From Cyanidioschyzon merolae (taxonomy: Eukaryota): a stretch of 64,000 bases of DNA. The notes beneath the pieces are model-generated. The model searched no databases. It was not told the DNA's origin and saw only the letters and a list, made by a program, of their open reading frames with translations. The stretch lies in NCBI GenBank assembly GCA_000091205.1, contig AP006494.2; one strand, given 5' to 3'. Positions 11,157 through 20,813 of this stretch are shown here, one piece after another; position 1 is the stretch's first letter; each line of letters starts with the position of its first letter. The position numbers and the translations under genes were made by a program.

Positions 11157-11191
11157 GCATTATAGACGCTGATGCGTGCGCTGATGGAGAC

Positions 11192-11262
11192 ACGTCATTT
11201 AGCGCACGCATGAACGCACGCATGAACGCACGCATGAACGCACGTCATTCAGCGCACGCATG
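11192..11262. repeat. Tandem 12-bp minisatellite: the unit cgcacgcatgaa in 3 perfect copies plus flanking partial copies (acgtcatt[t/c]agcgcacgcatg on both sides). It lies 35-105 bp upstream of the start codon of the 1586-aa gene.
   Basis: The repeat is directly visible at 11204-11239 as gcacgcatgaac x3. The + ORF 11120..11404 translates it as ARMNARMNARMNAR. Confidence 0.8.
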
Positions 11263-12815
11263 CGTAAACTGCGATCGCATGGAATGCGCAACGTGCTCAG
11301 GTGCCAGCCGGATTCACCTTCTGTGTGTGTGTGATCAGCAAAACGACAAACGTTCTACGACCATGACGGGTAAATATAAATACCCTTTCACAGACGCATC
11401 CTAGGCTTATTTGACCCGCCGACTGCTATCGAGTTCAGTTTTTCCTTCTAAACTTCGAGCCTGAGAGGCTGTACCACCAAGTTGGCTCGCGTCAACTCCG
11501 CGGGTCTCTTGTCTTTGGCACCGCGCATCGACTTGTATATTAATCGAGGCGTTGACGTCTCGGCTCACGAACTCTTTCCGTGGATTGACGCAGGTTGAAT
11601 CCATCAGTGCAAGAAATGTTAGAACTCGTGCGCTCTCTGCCACTGCAGTCTCATCGTTATCCTGTCGGGCAAACATCTTTCCTCGCCTATCTATCCTCTA
11701 CTTCTTCTATGTCAATTGCTCTTCTTCGCTCGATAGTCGACGACGCGAACATGTTTCGTTCTTCTCTGGCATCCGGCAATGACGGCCGTTCAGGATCCTC
11801 GACGTGCATCTCCAGACCTGTCTCTTAGATTCTTAATATCTTCAAATGAACGCGCTCGGAGCGCAGCTGCTGTAAACCGCGGAAAAGTATTTGATGACAC
11901 GCACCTAAGCTTGGAACATACTTGAGATGATTGACTAGAAAAGCGCACTGAGCGACTGAGACGCTTCTGCTTGCGGGCTGCTCAGTTGCATGGTGGCATG
12001 TGTGTGCGGGCTTCTCATGCTCGAACAGGGCGCACGTGCGCATCTATACTTCATGGGAGCGACACACGCGCGACGCTGAATCAAGCGAGTCCCGCGGGGC
12101 GCTGCTATGGAAGGGCTGGCGAAGCCGCTCGGCGATAGCTCACTCGTGGCGTTTTAGCAGCGACACCAGCGGCAGCTGCGACAGATACAAGTGCATGTAA
12201 TTGATGCGGGTGGCCATGTGCTCACTCGGACGCCTCTCGAGGCAGGTGTTGCGCGTTGGGACGTCCGGTCCACGGTGCCGCAGGTACCACGAGGGTATCG
12301 TTGCATAGCGTCTGAAAGCACGCGCACTCTTGGAACAAGTCACTGGTGTTGCAGAAGTATTTGCTGCGTGTAAACGCGAACTCTTTTGAAGTCTCGTGTG
12401 CGTGTAAATACCACGGTACTTCTGTAGAGCGGGCAGCGCGACCTCCACGTGACGTCTTTCTCACAGCGCCTGACCTGAACGGCACTGTCCAGGCGGACGA
12501 AAGCTGGAATACCCGTGTGCGGCTTTGCTTCCTTGCGTTAGTCGGGTCTGCTCGAGCTCACGGTTGCACAGGTCCCGTCAATACTGCTCAGTCGTTTCCC
12601 AGCGACCGCGGTATCACCAAGGTCGCAACACGTCGCCCCAGGCGTCAGCATTGTGTGCACGATTGGTCAAATCGACAGATCGATCAGGCACCTCGTCCGG
12701 TGTCCGATGAACGTGGCGTACTGGACTGCTCGCTGAGTTCCTGCTGTTCGATCTCTTTTCTGAACATTTATGAATGCACGTTCGCAGCACTCCATGTACA
12801 GAAGACAGGAATTAC

Positions 12816-12841
12816 GGATTCATACGTGGTTTTAGGATTCG
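12816..12841. repeat. Copy 2 of the recurring intergenic motif: ggattcatacgtggttttaggattcg.
   Basis: It matches the copy at 41277-41302 at 24 of 26 positions. Confidence 0.45.
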
Positions 12842-14495
12842 TGATCATCCTTTGGGTATGCCTATCGACGAAACCGCACGCTATACCCTCTTGATATCTC
12901 GCGCGGGAAACGTACGCAGAGGTGTACATCTCGTCTATTTGCATGAAAACAGGGGTTCTTGGACCCGGAGTTTATTAATCGCAGCGATTGTGTCTAGCGA
13001 GGAACGCATCACGATTGTGCTTAAAGCGAGTTTAGAAAGATCGAGATTTTCGCACTGGTTCTTTAGGTTGGATGCCCTTCCAGTACTTGTCATATCATGG
13101 ACATGCTATTGTTCCACGATTTCTCTATGTGATGTACCAGTGTGCGCGTGGGTTTCCACAGGATACAGTACTCGTCGACGGGCCACTCAGAGCAATTTGG
13201 TTACTGTGGAATACGACACTAGACGCGGGCGCACACGAGGCCATCGCGGGCAGCCTCTCTCCTTGTCACCGGAATGTACCGAGCGATCATGCAAACGTTC
13301 ACGCGTTACAGCGCGACGAGTACCAGGAGGACGAGGACCGGTGATCATGGACATATGGGATGCTGATTACATTCAAGTGTCACTACTGCGAGTGGCGCAC
13401 CGAGAATCTATCGAAAAAAAGACGAAAATGGCAAGCAGAGTGTAGATAACAACTGCCGTCTGTGCATGAAACGCGTTGTCAATAACCGGAAACAGGACAA
13501 AATGTACCTTAACAATGCCATCGACGTTCTTCCACTGCTTCTAGTGAAGCTTGGTACCAGAAGAGACCTGTTTATTTCAAGCCTGACGATATGTAAGAGA
13601 AACGGAAACTGTCGAAGAACAATCCCACAAATCCTAATAGTTATGACAACGAGAAGAACTGAGTTTGAAACGCGTACACCCGAGTTCGATTCCCCGTTCC
13701 ATTTTCTCCTGAAGCAGCTGTCGTGGAACGTGGCAGAGGTCTGGAACGCGACCGCGGGCGCTGCATCATTGATCAGAAGCCTCACTGATAACCAACGCGT
13801 ACTTGGAAATCCCTGGTCAATGTAAAACGCTCTCCAAAACGATGGAAAATGGATCTGGTGCTAGAAGCAAACCTTTCCTGAAACAGTGCAGGCATCGACA
13901 TCTCGTACGCGCTGTACTGTGGAGGTTGCCAGAAGAAAGAAGCGCGCCCCAGTTCGGCGCGACGCAGCGCCAAGCAATGTGAGCGGGCGTTGCGCTCAGC
14001 GTCCAGCATTCTACTTGCCCATGTTAGCGAGGCAGCCAACACGTTTACGTCTAGAGCCATTGGATCTGGAAACCCTCGATAGGGTGATTCAGAGACGGCA
14101 CGAGGAGCGGGCTATTCCGGAGCGAGCGACGCGGGACTTGGCGCCGGCCGAGCAGGACAGGACACTAGCTTCTGGCAGGGCGAGCGTCTCCGCCGGTCCA
14201 CCGGGCGTTGGCGGTAAGCTGCTGCCGCGTGGTGCAGGTCTGACGACGCGTCAGCGCATCGGTCTTGAATAGCGCGCTCTGCAAGCTTTCGGTAGCTCGC
14301 ACTCCGCTCGACGCTTGAAAGGAAACCGCGCGACCTTGTGCAGTGTTGGAGCTCCGCGGAAGCGCCTCCGAAACGGCGCGTCGGGGTGCTCCGGCACAGC
14401 ACCGTTTATGCTCAGGTGCCGCTGAACAAGGCAAGACTAGACTGAACGCACGTGCTTCACGCCGGGATATGATATCTGGGCAGCGCGCTACACCT

Positions 14496-16616
14496 TTATA
14501 CTAGGTCTATCGATGATGCTTGTGACGAGCTTCGGTAGCGACGCTGCGGCCGGCTTGTCCCGGGCCCACGACTAGGGGTCAGTGGCCGCGCAGTGAACGG
14601 CCAAGGTGCCTCGCTCGGTAACCAGCCGCGTCGACTTGCATACGTCGATGCCTGCGGCATTTCCAGCGGTTGGTACGCTCCTTCAGCAGGTGCGTCCGAG
14701 TAGAGCGCCTTGTCAGGGACGGATTCCGACTCAGTGTCCGCTAACCGACCAGCTATGGCATACACCACTTCCACGTAGAGTGCGCCTCCGATGAGGTCCA
14801 ACAAGTAGTGGTGCTGGAGGTAGAGTGCTGCCCACCAAACCCAGAGGGTATAGGCCCAGAGGAACCGGCCTTGCTGGGGCTCGAAACTCGCCATCAGGTA
14901 CGGCCATGCTGCATGGAGACTGGGAAAGGTTCCGAACACAACTTTGCCAGCGGTCGCATACATGGTCCTGTAAAAATGAATCCCAAACGCATCATCAATC
15001 CGATCGAGTAAAGCAGGATCCCCTTTCATCGTATAGTCTGGTGGCCGAAATCCGAACTTTTCATAGTACCATGGCGGAGCAGTTGGCACGAAGAGATGCG
15101 TCAAGACACCAAGTAAGGACACCAGCCCTAGAAGGCGTCCAAACTGCAGAATGCGTCGCGCTGGCGTTCGCCGCAAGATCAACAATGCGATGAATGCGAA
15201 CGGGAGCCCAGCGTGGACGGTATAGGGGAAAGCGGCAAGAAAGTCTAAGAAACTCGCTCCGCGACCGTGATCGTAGCCGAAAAAGAACCATCGATGAGGG
15301 TACAGCAGATATGATTCGAGTATCGGAATCCAGCGTACGTGGATGTACTTTGGTTTCCATGCACTCGGTATCACATCAAAGAAGTTGAACACGGAGAGCC
15401 AGGCGATCACCGGCCATAAGTACCATAGAACGGTGCGTAGCAGAAAAACCGCTTTTGCGGAAAGAGATGAACGCATGGCGAGCTCCTCTCTGAGCGGTGG
15501 CTGTGTACTCACCCCTCTAAATACCGTCTGTAGAAGCCTTGTGCAGTGATCTGCCGCTCGTCCTACCGCTGTCGTACAGCTGTTCCAAGCGCGGTACAGC
15601 CGCGTCTCTCCAGAGGGCGAAAATCGCTCCTCATTGGCATCATAGACACAGAAGCGCGCATTCGATTGCACTGACTCCAAGTCAGGGTTGCCTTCCGTCG
15701 CCGCCGGAAGAAACCTCATTTCCAGCTCTGAATGTCGCGCAGACGAGTGCTCGTTCGCTTCCGCATCCGATGAGCTCGACGCATCATACACAGCTTCAGG
15801 AGTCGAGGATGCGCTGCCCTCGACAAAACTGCTCATCGAGAGCATGCTATCTGCTTTGGACAAGACTAGCGTCCCAGACTGCAACTCTGTTTTTGAGTGC
15901 AACGCCTTGCCGTCATCATCGAAGGAAAACGAACGCCCCGAATGCCCTGAACGTCGCTTACGAGAGCCTCGTTTTCTACTCGGACGTGGCTCGCTATCGC
16001 TACCACTTCCACCGCTAGTCGATGATGTATAAGAAACGCTGCATGGGGAGCGTTCCGGAGGAAAGAATACAAACCTCGCAAGTCGATAACCTAAGAGGCG
16101 GAAGTTGTTCCACACGGAGGACTCGCGGCCTCGCTCCGTGGCGCGGATGCGGCTCTCCGAGCCGTGAACGAAACGCTCGCTCCAGAGCGATTGTGAACGG
16201 CGGCGACCAGTATACAACTCCTGCTCTTTCTCAGGCGCAGTACGCGACGAAAATGACTCGCTGAACGGTTCACCACCAGAAGCCAACAAGTTACCCGTTT
16301 GGACACTCGAGAGTGTGCCAAGCGACGGGTACCTTGTGCGGCCTACCAGCTGTTGTCTCGCTTCAGCGTTTGAGGGATTCCTGTTCCTGCTTGGCGGTCT
16401 CCAGTCCGTCGAAAGGTCAACTATTGTCGAGGGTAGAGATGCGGAGCGGGCGTGTCGGGGTGCCGCCGCCGCCGCCGCCACCGCCACCTCAATGTGTCGG
16501 AACGAGCCCGTTGCTTCGTTTGCAGCTGCGCTCTGCGCTGTTCCGAAAGGCTGCGCGCGCTCGCTGTCATCCAACTGCGTTACTACATAATCATTTTGTG
16601 CTTCCTGAGCGTCCAT
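14496..16616 (-). CDS. AUR1: Inositol phosphorylceramide synthase-like protein of the PAP2 superfamily (AUR1-type). The multi-TM core runs from about 15470 down to about 14770 and contains FPSLHAAWPY and HHYLLDLIGGALY. It is preceded by an in-frame Ser-rich low-complexity N-terminal region of about 380 aa and followed by a C-terminal tail of about 90 aa.
   Basis: The ...SLH... and HHxxxDxxxG motifs correspond to the C2 and C3 boxes of the PAP2/AUR1 family. Hydrophobic segments lie on either side of them. An internal Met (MRSSLSAKAVFLL) immediately precedes the first TM helix, so the true start could be there. Confidence 0.7.
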   Translation of the reverse strand: MDAQEAQNDYVVTQLDDSERAQPFGTAQSAAANEATGSFRHIEVAVAAAAAAPRHARSASLPSTIVDLSTDWRPPSRNRNPSNAEARQQLVGRTRYPSLGTLSSVQTGNLLASGGEPFSESFSSRTAPEKEQELYTGRRRSQSLWSERFVHGSESRIRATERGRESSVWNNFRLLGYRLARFVFFPPERSPCSVSYTSSTSGGSGSDSEPRPSRKRGSRKRRSGHSGRSFSFDDDGKALHSKTELQSGTLVLSKADSMLSMSSFVEGSASSTPEAVYDASSSSDAEANEHSSARHSELEMRFLPAATEGNPDLESVQSNARFCVYDANEERFSPSGETRLYRAWNSCTTAVGRAADHCTRLLQTVFRGVSTQPPLREELAMRSSLSAKAVFLLRTVLWYLWPVIAWLSVFNFFDVIPSAWKPKYIHVRWIPILESYLLYPHRWFFFGYDHGRGASFLDFLAAFPYTVHAGLPFAFIALLILRRTPARRILQFGRLLGLVSLLGVLTHLFVPTAPPWYYEKFGFRPPDYTMKGDPALLDRIDDAFGIHFYRTMYATAGKVVFGTFPSLHAAWPYLMASFEPQQGRFLWAYTLWVWWAALYLQHHYLLDLIGGALYVEVVYAIAGRLADTESESVPDKALYSDAPAEGAYQPLEMPQASTYASRRGWLPSEAPWPFTARPLTPSRGPGTSRPQRRYRSSSQASSIDLV

Positions 16617-19313
16617 TGGGCACCTGACCAGCTCTCAAATGCAAGCGTAGTTCAGCAACACAAACACACACACGTCGTCCTTGTTGACGTCGCTGCACTG
16701 AAGCCTACGCAGCGTCCCCTGTGCGGCCACCTGAGCACCGCTCTGTTTGCACCCTATTGCCCACCTTCAACGCTTAAGTGCGACAAAATCCACAAGAGCA
16801 ACCTTCGCTCCGTAATGGGACAAGGTGCAGTGACAAGGAGGTGGAATACCTCCTGGTACTTGTTTCACCTCCAGTTCGTGCTCGTCAGCAATCGATATCG
16901 AGCAGTGTCAGAGTGGATTTCATCGCGATACCCGTCGAGGCTTCTGTTTGCGGGCTGGCTCGAGTGCGCACGCGCCTTGTGGCTGCAGCGTACTGTGATT
17001 CGAAGCAGCGGCGGCGGCAGGCGGCGGCAGGCGATGCGTAACGCGAACGTTTGAACAACGGCCGCCGATGCACGCTGAGACGGCGGCGCGATCCGGGGGG
17101 AATGCCCGCGCTAGCACGCATGCCTGTGCAGCTGCTGCGCTGGCGCGATGCTACCATGGAATCGCATGCATCCAGCGAGGATGGACCTCTGCTTGTGTCT
17201 ATGTGGATTTGATATCGATGATTGGGATAGCGTCTATCAAGCCGCGTCCAATGTTCAAGTTCCAGACGCGTAGGCTTGGGAGCGTGCGCACCGGCCTTGT
17301 TATTTTCTCTCATCCCGGTTTTGGTTCGCACTCGGTGCAATAGATAGCAGGTGATCGACATCACAGTGCAATGTACCGTATAGATCGTAGATGAATTGCC
17401 TGTAGGCTATATATGCTTTCGTGAACAGTGCAAGGCGGACTGCATTCCTCCTGCGGGTAAGTCGTACCACAGTAGTCAGATGGTTGAAGAACGCTGAAAG
17501 AAACAAGTAGATGCGCTCAGCGCCGCATACTGGTATTGTAAAAGACCACTTGCGGTCAGCGGCAGAAGAGCGTCTTTTTGATCACCTTACGGCAAGCGAA
17601 AAGCGACGATCGTATCAACCAACGGCGTCTCTGTTTCTAAGTAGCTTGTTCGTGTAGCTCTAAAAACAATGCGATACGATCGCGGAAAAGAGTTCAGTTT
17701 CATACACGGCCATCTTCCACGCAAAACGCAACTATACGAATAGTTCCTGGAACTCAACGATCGGTATGATGCACAGCAAGAACGAAAATAGGCATTCACG
17801 AAGCTCATCGGATGCACTAGAACAAACTTGCACCATTGTCTTCGCGGACGAACATATGCGTATTCTGATATGCGAGTGCACGAGCAGCGCGTCTCTCTTG
17901 TTGGCTACATGCATACATTCATACATGCATGCAAGTAGTAGTTCTCTAGTGGCATCGACCATGTGCGTATGTTCACCAGTCAGGCATTTTTAGGGAACGC
18001 AAACCCGTATCGCAACTCCGCCAGGATCACCTGTCTACCGCTACCTTACCGCGCGATGCAGTATACCACGGTGCTTGGGCCACTTGCAGTGCGTTCGTCC
18101 ACACAGTATGGGCCAAGTCTGGGCATACACGCCATCAGGATATCCGTCCGGCGATATGGAGGGAAAGTTTCAGCGTGCGCGCTTCTACCGCCCAGTCGAA
18201 AGGCACGGGGAACCAGAGTCGCTCGCTGCCCGGATCCCGAGGCCCTGGCGTATTGAAAGACTGCTTAAACTTCGGCACTGAGAACATAGCAGTTGGACTT
18301 TGGCATGGATACGCCAAATTTTAACCGCGATGTTCATAGGGAGCAGGGAAGGCGCCTTGCGAAGAGCCTCACTGGCGAAGCGGCAACATATCCGGCTTGG
18401 TACGAGCACGGGCTACAAGCGCAGCTGGTCGGTTCATCAGGCCCCAAATACAGCGAGGGTAGTCTGCATATCGCCATAAAATCGTTCTCGCCTTGCTCTT
18501 GAAAAAATACCCCTGAAGCTGATCCATTCACTACGTCACATGCATGATATGAGGAGGAACAAATGCGCTTCCCGTTAAACTGCGTGGGCGCGTGCTTGAA
18601 CGGCTTACTGCCTGGGTATCTGCTCGAGTTTCCGCGTGTATGCTTGCGTAGCGGCAATTTGATCAACATTCATGCACCTTGTATTCGGTATTGCGGTGCC
18701 TTGAACGCATTTTCGCTTCTCGAGAAGAATCATTTGGAATCGGTCAGGCGTTTCGCAAGTACTCCTGTTTTGACGCACGACAAAACATGAACGTGGTTCA
18801 ACACGCCTCTTCACCAAAGCTCCCAGGCAAGCTCCAGATTTCAGCTGGGTTTCCAGTTTCAACCCAGGCGCCTTGACGATCGTGAACATGCGGCCTGCAT
18901 CGATAAACAGCAGGAAAAAGGCATAGCGCTCAGATCATCGGCGCGTTCTCGATCGTATCGTTTTTGTGTAGTTCGACGCTCAGTGCTCATGAATGCAACT
19001 TTAGCAAGAGATAGAGATGGGGCTGTTTCAAAGCAGACACGCTTGCGCCATTTTCGTCACCATAACATCCAAAGCGTATCGCCATGGGTAGCGCTCTGAA
19101 ATCACCGCTCGGTCCCTACACACGAACAACAGCTTGCGCCCTTGTTGTAAAACGAGCCATACGAGCCCCGCTGCGTGTCGTTAGTGCGTTCGTACGCGCC
19201 CAGAACCGCTATTCTGTCGGTGCGCTCGTCGACCTGTCGCTTGAGCAAGAACACCAGCAACTGTGCATACCGCGCCACTGCAGTTGTGCTCTCAATCCTG
19301 ACCTGTGCACTGT

Positions 19314-20435
19314 TCATCCCCGAGATGGAGCCTCAGACTCTGTGTAGTTCAAGATGAGAATGCGAGCTGTCGCTGATCGCCACAGTTTGAACTGGCGGTA
19401 CAGAAAACGCACATCAACGGCGAGAAAAATGAGATAATGTGCGATGAGCGCCGTACGCAGCGCTACCAACGCGTTCGCTTCGACCACAGAGCGAACCGCA
19501 TGACTCCCGCGATACAACGCTCGCGATAAGGGTTCCAAGGCGGCAGTTTGCTTCACCAAATGCGCCAGTTCCTGACCCTGACGAAAAATGTGCCGCGAGA
19601 ACAGTCCAATGTAGATAATGTGGAGCCAATGAAGCCATCGACTGGCAATTGCTGGATCTTGGCGCTGTGCTTGGGTCAGCGCCTGCCAGCCCCGCAGAAT
19701 CCACACCATAAATGAGGGCGTCTGATTTTCCTGGTTTGCTGCCAGGTACTCCCAGTCTGCATTGTTTGCAGATGCCTGCAGAGAGGGAGCATCCCAGTCG
19801 GATGATGCCACGAACCAGTCGTCCTCGGCGGCATCATCGAGGTCGCTTCCGGCGCTCTTATCTCGGCGCAGCGGCCACTGAAACAGGAACTCATATGCCG
19901 GACGGAACTGTACCTGCGATGCGTACCGAAGGCCACAGATTTCACAACGCCAGCAGTTCGGGTCTGGCTGACGACGCAACCACTTTCGCAGGCACCCCTG
20001 GTGGACGTACTTGAGGGTTCCTGTGCACCGACACGGAGCTATGAGCGTCTTGGGATCACTCAAAGACTCCATATCGACTTGAGGACTGTTCTCAACGGTG
20101 CCGCGTACGTCGTCGAGCGCCTCCTTCTCGTAGGGCCGTAACTCGTCCTTGGTCTCGACCTCGCCGCAGGTAGCACCGAACCCCAGCTTGCGACGCAACC
20201 GACGCAGTTGGCGAACGAGCTTCAGAAGCAAACGCAAAGCACCACAGTGAACACGCCTGGTAAACTGGACGAAACCTCGAACGAGAATAAAGCTCCACGT
20301 CCTGAGAAGCTGCTGCTTCGTTTCCTCTGCTTTGCTCGCAAGGGGTGCAGCGTCGCCTCCGGGGAGGACCTGCTCCTCATGACAGATGCGACAGAAGCGC
20401 AAGTTCGTCGAGACTGCGCTCTCAACCCCCGCCAT
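19314..20435 (-). CDS. RING-CH (MARCH-type) zinc-finger E3 ubiquitin ligase-like membrane protein. It reads CRICHEE ... APCRCTGTLKYVHQGCLRKWL ... CEICGLRY, followed by hydrophobic helices.
   Basis: The C4HC3 RING-variant consensus (CxxC ... PCxC.G....VH..CL..W ... CxxC) is read from the translation. About 110 residues sit between the first Cys pair and the PCRC box, where RING-CH domains normally have about 10 (see findings). Confidence 0.65.
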   Translation of the reverse strand: MAGVESAVSTNLRFCRICHEEQVLPGGDAAPLASKAEETKQQLLRTWSFILVRGFVQFTRRVHCGALRLLLKLVRQLRRLRRKLGFGATCGEVETKDELRPYEKEALDDVRGTVENSPQVDMESLSDPKTLIAPCRCTGTLKYVHQGCLRKWLRRQPDPNCWRCEICGLRYASQVQFRPAYEFLFQWPLRRDKSAGSDLDDAAEDDWFVASSDWDAPSLQASANNADWEYLAANQENQTPSFMVWILRGWQALTQAQRQDPAIASRWLHWLHIIYIGLFSRHIFRQGQELAHLVKQTAALEPLSRALYRGSHAVRSVVEANALVALRTALIAHYLIFLAVDVRFLYRQFKLWRSATARILILNYTESEAPSRG

Positions 20436-20813
20436 AAACTCCGAACCTAGTCCAGTATAGGCGCTATCCAGTTTCCTCGGGGAGCTCTGAACAAACAGTC
20501 TTCCACGGAATGGAGATGAAGAATTTGCCGGCGGTACGGATGCTGCGACGCTACCGCGATGGCCTCTGGCTGGCGCAGTGGCCGTAAACTGCTCTGCTGT
20601 GCTCTGCTCTGCATCTGGTTTGCGTTATCTTTGTATCATACTGGAGACAAGGAGCGCTTGTGGGCACCGTGAACACGTCTGAGAGACGGTGTTTTCATTG
20701 TGGGATAGCCCGAGCCGAACCGGGTACTATTTTGCGATCTCTTGGGAAACATCGCTTCAAACTTCTCATCTTTTAAAAGAGCAAGCTCGAAACAGTCCTT
20801 ATACTGAAACGCT
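20436..20813. promoter_or_regulatory. Divergent intergenic region shared by the head-to-head RING-CH (-) and LIM (+) genes. It is a candidate bidirectional promoter.
   Basis: The call rests on gene arrangement only. I identified no motif. Confidence 0.25.

Noticed and set aside
13676-13700. tRNA-like T-loop string cgagttcgattcccc (GTTCGATTCC)
   Set aside because: The flanking bases do not form a T-stem (no ACCCG/CGGGT-type pairing). No acceptor or anticodon arms can be drawn from the upstream 60 nt. The similar string GGTTCGAGTCC at 1748 lies inside PEX6 coding sequence. I conclude there is no tRNA in the window.
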